Notes: generated from the sequence alone by a model not told the origin. DNA of 64,000 nt from Candidatus Limnocylindria bacterium (GCA_035935465.1 DASYXA010000065.1:9172-73171); one strand, 5' to 3'. Numbered from the stretch's first letter, positions 46,689 to 56,282 are shown. Numbers and translations: made by a program.

Positions 46689-48217
46689 TGGCGACGCTCC
46701 GCATCGACGGCAACAGCCTGACGATCGCCGACGTCGTGAGCGTGGCCCGCCGCGAGACGCCGGTGGCCCTCGATCGCGCCTCGGAGCAGCTCGTGCGGGC
46801 GGCCGCGAGGCTGGTCGCCGAGTTCGCGGACGGCGACGAGCCGATCTACGGCATCAATACCGGCTTCGGCGACCTCTCCCAGGTCCGGATCCCGCGGGCG
46901 GATCTCGCGACGCTCCAGCTCAATCTCCTGCGGAGCCATGCCGCCGGCGTCGGCGATCCGCTGCCCGCCGACATCACGCGCGCGGTCCTGTTGCTCCGCG
47001 CGAACACGCTCGCCGCGGGCCGCTCGGGGGTCCGGCCCGAGATCATCGATCTCCTCCTCGACCTCCTCAACCGCGGCGTCCATCCGGTCATCCCGATGCA
47101 CGGGAGCGTCGGCGCGTCGGGCGACCTGGCGCCGCTGGCGCACGCGGCCCTCGTCCTCGTCGGCGAGGGCGAGGCGGCGTTCGACGGAAAGGTCATGAGC
47201 GGCGCCGACGCGTTGAAGCGCGCGGACCTCAAGCCGCTGGAGCTCGCGCCCAAGGAGGCGCTCGCGCTCATCAACGGGACGCAGGTGATGACCGCCATCG
47301 GCTGCCTCGCCCTCCACGACGCCGAGGTCCTCTGCACGTCCGCCGACATCATCGGCGCGCTGTCGTCGGAGGCGCTGCGCGCGACGGACGCCGCGTGGGA
47401 CGCGTCGCTCAATGCGGAGCGGCCGCATCCGGGACAGGAGACCGTCGCGGCGAACCTGCGGCGCCTCGTGCACGGCAGTCCGATCATCGCGTCCCACCGC
47501 TTCGGCGATCCGCGCGTGCAGGACCCCTACTCGATCCGCTGCATGCCGCAGGTCCATGGTGCTTCGCGCGACGCGCTCGCGTACACGAGGCGCGTGCTCG
47601 AGGTCGAGATCAACAGCGTCACCGACAACCCACTCGTGTTCGCCGAGGAGAAGCGGATCGTGAGCGGCGGCAACTTTCACGGCCAGCCGGTCGCGATCGC
47701 GCTCGATCTCGCGACGATCGCGGTCGCCGAGCTCGCGGACATCAGCGAGAGCCGCATCGACCGGATGACCAACGGCCGGACGAGCGGCTTGCCGGCGTTC
47801 CTGTCGCCCGATCCGGGACGCCACTCGGGATTCATGGTCGCGCAGTACACGGCGGCGGCCCTCGTCACCGAGAACCGCCTGCGCGCGATGCCCGCGTCGG
47901 TCGAGTCGATCCCGACGAGCGCGGACATGGAGGATCACGTGAGCATGGGCGTGCACGCGGCCCACAAGCTCGCGGCGGTCGTGCGCAACACCCGCGACGT
48001 GCTCGCGATCGAGTCGCTCTGCGCGGCGCAGGGCCTCGACCTGCTCGGCATGACGAGCTCGGCCGCGGTGGAGGCCGCGCGGCGGGTCGTGCGCGAGCAC
48101 GTCCCCACGCTCGCCGCCGACCGGGCGCTCGCGCCGGATATTTCCACGATGCGCGACGTGATCGAGCGCGATCTGCTCGCGACGGCCGTCCGGCATGCGG
48201 CCGGGGCGATCGCGTAG
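46688..48217 (+). CDS. hutH: Histidine ammonia-lyase.
   Basis: MIO-forming ASGDLAPL triad, 509 aa. The GTG start overlaps the upstream stop by 1 nt. Confidence 0.92.
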   Translation: MATLRIDGNSLTIADVVSVARRETPVALDRASEQLVRAAARLVAEFADGDEPIYGINTGFGDLSQVRIPRADLATLQLNLLRSHAAGVGDPLPADITRAVLLLRANTLAAGRSGVRPEIIDLLLDLLNRGVHPVIPMHGSVGASGDLAPLAHAALVLVGEGEAAFDGKVMSGADALKRADLKPLELAPKEALALINGTQVMTAIGCLALHDAEVLCTSADIIGALSSEALRATDAAWDASLNAERPHPGQETVAANLRRLVHGSPIIASHRFGDPRVQDPYSIRCMPQVHGASRDALAYTRRVLEVEINSVTDNPLVFAEEKRIVSGGNFHGQPVAIALDLATIAVAELADISESRIDRMTNGRTSGLPAFLSPDPGRHSGFMVAQYTAAALVTENRLRAMPASVESIPTSADMEDHVSMGVHAAHKLAAVVRNTRDVLAIESLCAAQGLDLLGMTSSAAVEAARRVVREHVPTLAADRALAPDISTMRDVIERDLLATAVRHAAGAIA

Positions 48218-48271
48218 CCGTTCTTAGCCGGGATTCATGCTCGCATGGCGGTCGCGTGATGCACTACGTTC

Positions 48272-48541
48272 GTGGCCCGACGCAAGCGCGTACCGCTCAT
48301 CAGCTCGGTGCAGGCCCTCCGCGGCATCGCGGTGGGCATCACGATGCTCAGCCTCGCCGGCATGACCGCGTACGCCGGCGGTCACCCTTACAACACGGGT
48401 GCCCCGCTCCAGCCGCAGCAGCCCGTCGCGGCCCCGGCCGCCGCTCCGGCGACGACCACCACGACCACCGGCCGCCTGCAGCTGAGCCGCGGCATCACGA
48501 CCACCACGACCCGGCCGGTCACGATCACTCGCCGAAGCTAG
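48272..48541 (+). CDS. Small Thr/Pro-rich putative secreted protein.
   Basis: N-terminal hydrophobic segment, then PQQPVAAPAAAPATTTTTT low-complexity. Weak support. Confidence 0.3.
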   Translation: MARRKRVPLISSVQALRGIAVGITMLSLAGMTAYAGGHPYNTGAPLQPQQPVAAPAAAPATTTTTTGRLQLSRGITTTTTRPVTITRRS

Positions 48542-48545
48542 CCGC

Positions 48546-49109
48546 ATGACCACGCTTGTGTGGATCGTCGCCCGCTCGACGGGCACGGCGGCCCTGGTCG
48601 CGATCGTCCTCTCCGTGCTCTCCGGCATGGCGCTCCGTTCCGGAGCGCTCGCGTGGCTATCGCACAACCGTGGCCTGCGGGCGGTCCACGATCTCACCGG
48701 CGTCCTCTGGCTGCCGCTCGCGCTCGCGCATGTGATCGCGCTCCTGCTCGACCCGTATTCGAGGATCGGACTCGCCGACCTGGTCGTCCCGTTCCTCGTC
48801 CCGTACGGATCGTTGGCGATCGGCCTCGGCACGATCAGCCTCCAGCTCATCGTCGTCGTCCTCCTGTCGACCTGGCTGCGCTCGGCGCTCACGCAGCAGG
48901 GCTGGCTCGCGATCCACCGCCTGTCGTACGTGGCGTTCGTGCTGGCGTTCGCGCACGGCCTGCTCGCGGGCACGGACCTCGCGCAGCCGATCCTGAGCGC
49001 GCTCGCCTGGGTCACCGCCGCGGTCCTCGCGATCGTCGGCATCCGCCGGCTCACCGCGGCGCGCGGGCGTCAGTCCGCCGCCCGCTCCAAGACCGTCGCG
49101 ATCCCCTGA
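48546..49109 (+). CDS. Polytopic membrane protein (ferric-reductase/cytochrome-b-like TM domain). The last 13 codons are encoded by direct-repeat copy 1.
   Basis: Five to six TM helices with conserved His residues (HDLTG, AHVIALL, AHGLLAG). Confidence 0.6.
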   Translation: MTTLVWIVARSTGTAALVAIVLSVLSGMALRSGALAWLSHNRGLRAVHDLTGVLWLPLALAHVIALLLDPYSRIGLADLVVPFLVPYGSLAIGLGTISLQLIVVVLLSTWLRSALTQQGWLAIHRLSYVAFVLAFAHGLLAGTDLAQPILSALAWVTAAVLAIVGIRRLTAARGRQSAARSKTVAIP

Positions 49110-49116
49110 CCGACGC
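49071..49116. repeat. 46-bp direct repeat, copy 1 (45/46 identical to copy 2).
   Basis: CAGTCCGCCGCCCGCTCCAAGACCGTCGCGATCCCCTGACCGACGC. Copy 2 at 49946 differs at one base. Confidence 0.9.
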
Positions 49117-49562
49117 TAGCGCTTCGCGCTCTTCTTCGCGGCCCGCTTTGTCATTGCTCTCCCAGTAGTGCGCGCCACGGTCGTACTCCTCCGAGCCCGA
49201 AGGATGCTGCCCGCTGCCGAACGTCGAAGGGCGCGCACGTTCGGCATGAGGCTGGACGCCTTCTTGGGTACAGGCATGTTGATCGCGTCGAATTCCACCA
49301 CAAGCTTCGCGTGCAGCGCGCGACCGATCTTCTCGAGAGTGTCGATCGAGGGATACACACCGCCGGCTTCGAGACGCGAGATAGCGGATTGAGTGGTGCC
49401 CATCCGTTCGGCGAGCTGTCCTTGTGAGAGTCCGCCGGCGACTCGCAGCGCCCGAACGCGCTCCGCCAGGATGTAGCCAGCGCGTGCCTTGTGGTAACCA
49501 GCCACGACATCCCCGCCCTGCACACGGTCTCTCTTGATCTGGGCCCACGTCTTCGCTGTCAT
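49116..49562 (-). CDS. XRE-family HTH antitoxin (HigA-like).
   Basis: HTH LSQGQLAERMGTTQSAISRLEAG. Directly downstream of the toxin with a 1-nt spacer. K/R-rich tail. Confidence 0.75.
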   Translation of the reverse strand: MTAKTWAQIKRDRVQGGDVVAGYHKARAGYILAERVRALRVAGGLSQGQLAERMGTTQSAISRLEAGGVYPSIDTLEKIGRALHAKLVVEFDAINMPVPKKASSLMPNVRALRRSAAGSILRARRSTTVARTTGRAMTKRAAKKSAKR

Positions 49563-49945
49563 CTCACTCCTCCGCTTCGTGCCCTTGTTCGATGCATCGC
49601 ATCATCGCCCGCTCCGCCCGATCGATCTCGCGTGCCTCACGATCTTGCTGTTTTGCGAACACGGTGAGAAGGATCTGCCGGCGACCGCGAGCGACGTAAT
49701 ACGTGATCCGTCTGCGCTCCCTCCCAAGGTAGAACCGAAGTTCTCTCAGTTTGCCACGCAACCGGCGCGTGTATGGCTCACCAAGAGCCACGCCCTCTCG
49801 CTCGAGAAGGTCGACGTAGAACTGGACGTGACCGAAGTCGTCTCCCGACAGACCACGGAGCCACTGCTCTACCTCGGGCTCGACCTCGACCGCGCCCCAC
49901 ATAGCGTACATGCTATATCGGCGTCGGGTGTCGGTCGGGAGTGAT
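49117..49945. mobile_element. About 830-bp lower-GC cassette carrying the higBA-like pair, bounded by the 46-bp direct repeats. Putative inserted element.
   Basis: Bounded by near-identical repeats. Local GC visibly lower (about 60%) than the flanks (about 72%). It separates the convergent membrane-protein and thiolase genes. Confidence 0.55.
49564..49911 (-). CDS. RelE/ParE-superfamily toxin of the Gp49/HigB-like group.
   Basis: 115 aa. VQFYVDLLEREGVALGEPYTRRLRGKLRELRF is a typical Gp49-like (PF05973) pattern. Toxin-first order as in higBA. Confidence 0.65.
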   Translation of the reverse strand: MYAMWGAVEVEPEVEQWLRGLSGDDFGHVQFYVDLLEREGVALGEPYTRRLRGKLRELRFYLGRERRRITYYVARGRRQILLTVFAKQQDREAREIDRAERAMMRCIEQGHEAEE

Positions 49946-51159
49946 CAGTCCGGCGCCCGCTCCAAGACCGTCGCGATCCCCTGACCGACGCCGATGCACA
50001 TCGAGACGAGCGCGTAGCGCGCATCCGTCCGGCGCAGCTGCAGCGCGGCGGTGCCGGCGAGCCGCGCGCCGCTCGCGCCGAGCGGGTGCCCGATCGCGAT
50101 CGCGCCGCCGTTCGGATTGAGGCGCTGCTCGTCGCGCCAGTCGATGCCGAGCTCGGCGCAGCACGCGATGACCTGGCTCGCGAACGCCTCGTTCAGCTCG
50201 ACGATCGCCATGTCCGCCAGGTCGAGCTTCGCGCGCCAGAGCGCCTTGCGGGACGCCGGGATCGGGCCGAGGCCCATCTCGTCGGGGCGCACACCCGCGG
50301 CACCGGTGCTCACCACGCGCGCGATCGGCTGGAGGCCCAGCGCCTTCGCGCGCTCGCCCGAGGCGACGACGAGCGCCGACGCGCCGTCGTTGATCCCCGA
50401 GCTGTTGCCCGCCGTGACACTGCCGTTCTCGGCGAACGCGGGCCGCAGCTTCGCGAGCGCCTCGAGCGTGCTGCCGGCGCGCGGATGCTCGTCTCGGTCG
50501 ACCGCCACCGCCGGGCCCTTCGCCTGGGGCACCGGTGTCGCGACGATCTCCTCGGCGAGGAGGCCGTTCGCCATCGCGCGTTCCGCCTTCTGCTGGCTGA
50601 GGAGCGCGAGGCGGTCCTGATCGGCGCGCGACACCAGGCGCCGCTGCGCGACGTTCTCCGCGGTCTGGCCAAGCGTGACGGTGTGGCCGTCGGCGACGAG
50701 CCGCGGATGCGCGAAGCGCCACCCGAGCGTGCTGTCGGCGGACTCGGGCGCGCCGCGCGGGAACGCGGTATCCGGCTTCAGGGTCACGATCGGCGCCCGG
50801 GTCATGCTCTCGACGCCGCCGGCGATGAACAGGTCGCCCTGCCCGCCCCAGATCGCCTCGGCCGCGCTGTTCAGCGCCTGGAGGCCCGAGCCGCAGAGCC
50901 GGTTCACGGTCTGCGCCGGCACCTCCACCGGGAAGCCGGCGAGCAGCGTCGCCATCCGCGCGACGTTGCGGTTGTCCTCACCGGACTGGTTCGCGCACCC
51001 GAGGATGACATCGTCGATGCCCGCTGGATCCATGCCGCTCCGCTCGACGACCGCGCGCAGGACGTGGGCGGCCATCGCGTCGGGACGCAGGCCGGCGAGC
51101 GCGCCGCCGTAGCGGCCGAACGGCGTGCGAAGGTACGCGCAGATGAACGCGTCGGTCAC
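49945..51159 (-). CDS. Acetyl-CoA C-acyltransferase (thiolase, PcaF/PaaJ/FadA-like).
   Basis: Active-site Cys in NRLCGSGLQA, plus NGGAIAIGHPLGASGAR and CIGVGQG. Confidence 0.9.
   Translation of the reverse strand: MTDAFICAYLRTPFGRYGGALAGLRPDAMAAHVLRAVVERSGMDPAGIDDVILGCANQSGEDNRNVARMATLLAGFPVEVPAQTVNRLCGSGLQALNSAAEAIWGGQGDLFIAGGVESMTRAPIVTLKPDTAFPRGAPESADSTLGWRFAHPRLVADGHTVTLGQTAENVAQRRLVSRADQDRLALLSQQKAERAMANGLLAEEIVATPVPQAKGPAVAVDRDEHPRAGSTLEALAKLRPAFAENGSVTAGNSSGINDGASALVVASGERAKALGLQPIARVVSTGAAGVRPDEMGLGPIPASRKALWRAKLDLADMAIVELNEAFASQVIACCAELGIDWRDEQRLNPNGGAIAIGHPLGASGARLAGTAALQLRRTDARYALVSMCIGVGQGIATVLERAPD
49946..49991. repeat. 46-bp direct repeat, copy 2.
   Basis: CAGTCCGGCGCCCGCTCCAAGACCGTCGCGATCCCCTGACCGACGC. 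On the minus strand it encodes the thiolase C-terminus GQGIATVLERAPD. Confidence 0.9.
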
Positions 51160-51221
51160 CCCGTCGAGTCTAGTGAGCGCGAGCGCGCCGACGCCGGCGA
51201 TCTGGACGACAATGTCGTGCC

Positions 51222-51734
51222 ATGGGCACGACGGACGGACCCGAACGCGTCGGCGCGCGCCCGTACGTGCTGAACGCGCCGGCCGTGTATCGCTTCCCGC
51301 GCGAGCGCTCGGCGCTGCTGTCGTGGACGCACGCCGAACAGCGCCTTCGGGCGGCGCGCCGGTACTGGCTCGTGACCGTTCGGGCAGATGGGCGCCCGCA
51401 CGCGACGCCGCTCTGGGGCGTGTGGGTCGCGGACGCGCTCTACTTCGACGGACCGGCGACGACGGTGTGGGGTCGTAACCTCAGCCGGCGGCCCGAGGCG
51501 ACCATGCACCTGGAGAGCGGCGACGACACGTTGATCATCGAGGGCCGGGTCGAGGACCTCACCACCGCTGTCGAGCTCGGCGAGCGCGTGAAAGCGGCGT
51601 GGGCCGAGAAGTACGGCCGGCTTGTCCCGGAGCCCTCGACCCGCGGCATCTGGCGGCTGCGCCCGCGCCGGGCACGCGGGTGGAGCGCGGAAGACCTCCG
51701 CGATGGCACGGGATGGCGCATGGCCGCTCGCTAG
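51222..51734 (+). CDS. Pyridoxamine-5'-phosphate-oxidase-like FMN-binding split-barrel protein.
   Basis: RYWLVTVRADGRPHATPLWGVWVADALYF is the PNPOx-like fold signature. Confidence 0.7.
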   Translation: MGTTDGPERVGARPYVLNAPAVYRFPRERSALLSWTHAEQRLRAARRYWLVTVRADGRPHATPLWGVWVADALYFDGPATTVWGRNLSRRPEATMHLESGDDTLIIEGRVEDLTTAVELGERVKAAWAEKYGRLVPEPSTRGIWRLRPRRARGWSAEDLRDGTGWRMAAR

Positions 51735-51743
51735 CATCACGGC

Positions 51744-53396
51744 ATGAGCGCCGTCGCGAGCCGGGTCGTCCGGGCCCCCCGTGGATCGTCGCTGTCGTGC
51801 CTGGCGTGGCCGCAAGAAGCGGCGTTCCGGATGCTCCAGAACAACCTCGATCCGGACGTGGCCGAGCGTCCGGACGAGCTCATCGTCTACGGCGGCACCG
51901 GCCGGGCGGCCCGCTCGTGGCCCGCGTTCGACCGGATCCTCTCGACGCTGAAGCGCCTCAAGGGCGACGAGACCCTGCTCGTGCAGTCGGGAAAGCCGGT
52001 CGGCGTGTTCCGCACCCACGAGTGGGCGCCGCGGGTCCTCATCTCGAACGCGATGCTCGTCCCGAAGTGGGCGACCTGGGACGAGTTCCGCGCGCTCGAG
52101 GCGATGGGCCTGACGATGTACGGGCAGATGACCGCGGGTTCCTGGATCTACATCGGGACCCAGGGGATCCTCCAGGGCACCTACGAGACCTTCGCCGCGG
52201 TCGCGCGCACGCACTTCGACGGCACGCTCGATGGCCGGCTCGTGGTCACGGCCGGTCTCGGCGGCATGGGCGGGGCGCAGCCGCTGGCGATCACGATGAA
52301 CGGCGGCGTCGCGCTCGTGGTGGAGGTCGACCCGACCCGCGCCGGGCGCCGCCTGAAGCAGGGCTTCCTGGACGAAATGACCGATTCGCTCGACGACGCG
52401 CTCGCCCGGGCCGAGGGGTACCTCGGCTCGCGCACGCCGCGGTCGATCGGCCTGGTCGCGAACGCGGCGGCCGTGCTGCCCGAGCTCGTGCGCCGCGGGG
52501 TGCGCGTCGACGTGGTCACCGATCAGACCTCCGCCCACGACCCGCTCGACGGCTACGTCCCCGACGTGCGCCATGCCGGCGTGCTGCGGATCAACGATCC
52601 GGCCGGCTACATCGCGGCCTCGCGCGCGTCGATCGCGACGCAGTGCGAGGCCATCGTCGCGCTGAAGGACCGCGGCGCGATCGCGTTCGACTACGGGAAC
52701 AACCTGCGCGGCGAAGCCCGGACCGCCGGCTTCGCGCGCGCGTTCGACTACCCCGGCTTCGTGCCCGCGTACATCCGTCCGCTGTTCGAGCGTGGCAAGG
52801 GACCATTCCGGTGGGTCGCGCTGTCCGGCGATCCGCGGGACATCCTCGCGACCGACCGCGCCGTCCTCGACCTGTTTCCCGAGGACCGCTCGCTCCGGCG
52901 CTGGATCGAGCTCGCCGAGGCGCGCGTCCCGTTCCAGGGACTGCCCGCCCGCGTCTGCTGGCTCGGGTACGGCGAACGGGCCGAGTTCGGCGCGCGGATC
53001 GACGACCTGGTCCGGACCGGGACCCTGGGCGCGCCGATCGTCATCGGGCGCGACCACCTCGACTCCGGATCCGTCGCGTCACCGAACCGCGAGACCGAGG
53101 GCATGCGCGACGGCAGCGACGCGATCGCCGACTGGCCGATCCTGAACGCGCTCGTGAACACCGCCGCGGGCGCGACGTGGGTGTCGGTCCATCACGGCGG
53201 CGGGGTCGGCATCGGGAACTCGATCCACGCCGGCATGGTCGCCGTCGCGGACGGGACGGAACTCGGCCGTCGGAAGCTGGAGCGCGTGCTGGTGACCGAT
53301 CCGGGCACCGGCGTCATGCGTCACGCCGACGCCGGCTACCCGGACGCGATCGCGTTCGCGAGCGAGCGCGGCGTCGACCTCCCGAGCGTCCCCTAG
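51744..53396 (+). CDS. hutU: Urocanate hydratase.
   Basis: 550 aa. NAD-binding [12 protein letters not shown], plus ...[18 protein letters not shown]..., typical of HutU. Confidence 0.92.
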   Translation: MSAVASRVVRAPRGSSLSCLAWPQEAAFRMLQNNLDPDVAERPDELIVYGGTGRAARSWPAFDRILSTLKRLKGDETLLVQSGKPVGVFRTHEWAPRVLISNAMLVPKWATWDEFRALEAMGLTMYGQMTAGSWIYIGTQGILQGTYETFAAVARTHFDGTLDGRLVVTAGLGGMGGAQPLAITMNGGVALVVEVDPTRAGRRLKQGFLDEMTDSLDDALARAEGYLGSRTPRSIGLVANAAAVLPELVRRGVRVDVVTDQTSAHDPLDGYVPDVRHAGVLRINDPAGYIAASRASIATQCEAIVALKDRGAIAFDYGNNLRGEARTAGFARAFDYPGFVPAYIRPLFERGKGPFRWVALSGDPRDILATDRAVLDLFPEDRSLRRWIELAEARVPFQGLPARVCWLGYGERAEFGARIDDLVRTGTLGAPIVIGRDHLDSGSVASPNRETEGMRDGSDAIADWPILNALVNTAAGATWVSVHHGGGVGIGNSIHAGMVAVADGTELGRRKLERVLVTDPGTGVMRHADAGYPDAIAFASERGVDLPSVP

Positions 53397-53476
53397 CCAT
53401 CGCCCCGGCGCATTGCCGGATCCGCACGATCGGGTAACGGAGCATCCCGGGGAGGGCTCGTCGGCATCGCACCTGC

Positions 53477-54043
53477 GTGCCCGGTCGCGTGACCGTGATG
53501 CCACCGACCGAGCGAGCGCTCCATTCCTGCGCGATCTTCGACTCTCCGGCCGAACGGCTGCGGGTGATGTGCCGCCATCTGGCCGACGGCCTCGGACGGG
53601 GGCTCCTGGCCCTGGGCCTGGTGGAGGAGGTCAGCCCCCGCGAGCTGACCGACGGGCTCGAACGCGACGGGATCGATGCCGGACTCCAGGTCGCGCTCGG
53701 TGCGCTGCGGATCCGGCGGGCGCGGGCCGTCTACGTCCGGCATGGGGCGTTCGACCCGATGTCGATGATCGCCCTCGTGGCCGAGACCGAGCGGGAGGCT
53801 CGGCTCGCGGGCTATCGGGGCCTCTGCGCCGCCGGTGACATGAGCTGGGCGCTCTCCGACGACCCCGGCGCGGACCGCCTCGTCGAGTACGAGTACCTGC
53901 TGGGTCGCACCATCTTCAGCCGCTTGGACGTCGTCGGGCTCTGCCTCTACGACGCGAGGCGGTTCGACCCGGGAGTGCTCCGGCACATGTCCAAGGCCCA
54001 TCCGGTGCACATCGCGAACATCCGTGGGAGCGCCACCGGCTGA
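53477..54043 (+). CDS. MEDS-domain (DcmR-like sensory) protein.
   Basis: HSCAIF..........GYRGLCAAGDMSW......EYEYLL...VGLCLYD matches MEDS domain conservation. Confidence 0.6.
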   Translation: MPGRVTVMPPTERALHSCAIFDSPAERLRVMCRHLADGLGRGLLALGLVEEVSPRELTDGLERDGIDAGLQVALGALRIRRARAVYVRHGAFDPMSMIALVAETEREARLAGYRGLCAAGDMSWALSDDPGADRLVEYEYLLGRTIFSRLDVVGLCLYDARRFDPGVLRHMSKAHPVHIANIRGSATG

Positions 54044-54057
54044 ACGGCCGGCGCTCG

Positions 54058-55356
54058 CTAGCGCGGGCCCGCTGCGATCGGTAGGCGCAACGTAAAGGTG
54101 CTCCCCTCGCCGAGGCGCGAGGTGACCTCCAGCGTGCCGCCATGGCGTTCCACGATGCCGCGGACGGACCAGAGGCCGACGCCGCTTCCGGGGACCGCGC
54201 TCGCATTCGATCCCCGGTAGAACCGGCCGAACACCAGCTCGCGCTCGTCGTCCGGGATCCCGAGACCCTGATCGCTGATCGCGATCGCAGCGAGACGGAC
54301 CTCGCCGGCGCGCTCCTCCGACACCGCGGCCGAGATCCGGCCACCCTGGGGACTGAACTTCACCGCGTTGCTGACGAGATTGTCGACCGACCGCTCGATC
54401 TGGTCGCGGTCCAACGCGCCGACGAGCGAGTCGATGCCCCGATCGAGGACGAACTCGTGCCCGTTGTCCGTCACCCGATACCCGTCCAGCACGCTCCGCA
54501 CGAGCGCCACGAGCTCGACGGGCTCCCGGTGCAGCGGCGATCCGTCGGACCCCTCACGCCTGGCGAGGTCCATCAGCTCGTCCACCCGCAACGCGCCCCG
54601 GCGCAGGGCCGCCTCGATGGACGAGAGCCGGCTGCCGAGCTGCGCCTGGTCGAGCCGACCCTTCGTCGCCTGGTGGCGGAGGAGCTGGGCGATCGCGGTC
54701 GCGCTGGCCAACGGGCTCTTCAGATCGTGTCCGAGCGTCGCGAAGAACGCGTCGCGCTCGCGCGCGGCGATCGCGCGCTCTTCCTCGAGGGCGACCTCCG
54801 CCCTGCGCCGCGCGACCTCGTGCTCGCTCAGCGTCGTCAACGCAAGGAACACCGCGCCGTCCAGGGCGTCGTGGAGCAGCAGCTCCGCACCGACCACGTC
54901 GGTCGTGGGCGAGCGGTCCGAGACATACCTGCGCAGGGCCCGGCCGATCTCCTGGCGCAACAGCCGGAACTCGACCACGACGTCCGGAGCGATGAAGCCC
55001 TGCTCGAAGCGCACGCGGGCATGGCCCTGGGCCGCGGCGAGCACATCGGGATCCTCGAGCGGGACGCCGGCGTTGCCGGACCGTCGGCCGTACCTCGTCA
55101 ACAGGCGGGTGAGCGCATCGAACAACGCGGGGATGTGGTCCGCGACGGCGCGCTCCGAGCGGGCGCGGTGAAATGGTTGATCGGTGGCGGCATCGAGCCA
55201 GCGAGTGAGGATCTCGTCGCGCCGCGCGCTGAGGAGCTCCACCACCCACGACAGGTCGGCATCCTGGATGATCGCTTCCACCCGCGTCGCCACGTCCGAC
55301 TCCGGTGGCACCAGTGGCAGCGCTGCCACGAATCGATCGGTCATCAGCCTCTCCAA
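54058..55356 (-). CDS. Cytoplasmic sensor histidine kinase (HisKA + HATPase_c, RsbRD-like N-terminus).
   Basis: H-box ATLGHDLKSPL, N-box DNLVSNAVKFS, G-boxes DQGLGIP and GSGVGLW. Confidence 0.85.
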   Translation of the reverse strand: MERLMTDRFVAALPLVPPESDVATRVEAIIQDADLSWVVELLSARRDEILTRWLDAATDQPFHRARSERAVADHIPALFDALTRLLTRYGRRSGNAGVPLEDPDVLAAAQGHARVRFEQGFIAPDVVVEFRLLRQEIGRALRRYVSDRSPTTDVVGAELLLHDALDGAVFLALTTLSEHEVARRRAEVALEEERAIAARERDAFFATLGHDLKSPLASATAIAQLLRHQATKGRLDQAQLGSRLSSIEAALRRGALRVDELMDLARREGSDGSPLHREPVELVALVRSVLDGYRVTDNGHEFVLDRGIDSLVGALDRDQIERSVDNLVSNAVKFSPQGGRISAAVSEERAGEVRLAAIAISDQGLGIPDDERELVFGRFYRGSNASAVPGSGVGLWSVRGIVERHGGTLEVTSRLGEGSTFTLRLPIAAGPR

Positions 55357-55404
55357 CGTGGCGCGGCCGCCACCTGCGCTGATGGTCGCATCACGATCGC
55401 GTAA

Positions 55405-55445
55405 CGAAAAGCGCCCGAGCGGCGATCTGCTCGGCCGCTCGCCGG
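55405..55445 (-). terminator. Rho-independent terminator downstream of the ArsR-SRPBCC operon.
   Basis: GC-rich hairpin (CGAGCGGC...GCCGCUCG, 8-bp stem) followed on the minus strand by GGCGCUUUUCGUU. Confidence 0.45.
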
Positions 55446-55465
55446 GTGGTCAGGTCGGCTGGCGG

Positions 55466-55957
55466 CTAGCCGTGCGTGAGCTCGACCAACACCGCGTCGA
55501 GCCGCTCGTAGCTCTCGCGTGCGCCGGACTCCATGCCACTCTCGACCATCCCGTCGAGGTCCTCCTTCGACGCGAACTGGTCGCGGACGGTGAGGATGGT
55601 CCGGCCGTCCCGCTCGGTCAGGGTCAACGTCTCGACCGAGATATGTCCCGGCAGCGGCTCGTACTCGAAGGTCCAGACGATGCGCTCGGGCGGCACGATC
55701 TCGCGGTACTCCCCGCGGAACGCGTGCTCGCCGCCATCGGCGGCGATGTTGCGCATCCGCCACTTCCCGCCCGGCCGGAGGTCCAGCGTGTCGACGACCG
55801 TCGTGTACCGGCGCGGACCCCACCAGCGCGAGATGAGCGTCGGATCGGTCATCGCCTTCCAGACGAGGTCGCGCGGGGCGTCGAACTCTCGCCTGAGGAC
55901 GAGCTCCGTGTCGGATACGCGGGTGACGCTCAGGTCGAACCTACCTGCGGCGGCCAT
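55466..55957 (-). CDS. SRPBCC / AHSA1-domain (polyketide-cyclase-like) protein.
   Basis: 163 aa from the ATG at 55957 with a GGGGAAG SD. WKAMTDP....WWGP is typical AHSA1-like. Confidence 0.75.
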   Translation of the reverse strand: MAAAGRFDLSVTRVSDTELVLRREFDAPRDLVWKAMTDPTLISRWWGPRRYTTVVDTLDLRPGGKWRMRNIAADGGEHAFRGEYREIVPPERIVWTFEYEPLPGHISVETLTLTERDGRTILTVRDQFASKEDLDGMVESGMESGARESYERLDAVLVELTHG

Positions 55958-56279
55958 CTGGCTTCCCCTTTTCCCGTTGTAGCTCGCGCAGCACGTCATC
56001 GAGCTGTTCGAAGCGCTCACCCCAGAGCCTGCGGTACCCCTCCAGCCAGTCGTCGAGCTCCTTGAGGCCCGCCGCCCGCAGGCCGTAGATGCGCTGCTGC
56101 GCGACCGGCCGGACCTGCACGAGGCCCGCGTCGCTCAGCACGCGCAGGTGCTTGGACACCTGCGGCTGGCGCATCCGGAGGCGCTCCGCGATCCCGCCCA
56201 CCGGGAGTGGCTTGTGGCGGAGCAGCTCGACGATCTGGAGCCGGTTGGGCTCCGCGAGGGCGCTGAACGTGGCGTTCAC
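55941..56279 (-). CDS. ArsR/SmtB-family metalloregulatory transcription factor.
   Basis: LAEPNRLQIVELL....PVGGIAERLRMRQPQVSKHLRVLSDAGLV. GTG start at 56279. Confidence 0.85.
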   Translation of the reverse strand: MNATFSALAEPNRLQIVELLRHKPLPVGGIAERLRMRQPQVSKHLRVLSDAGLVQVRPVAQQRIYGLRAAGLKELDDWLEGYRRLWGERFEQLDDVLRELQREKGKPDGRRR

Positions 56280-56282
56280 GAG

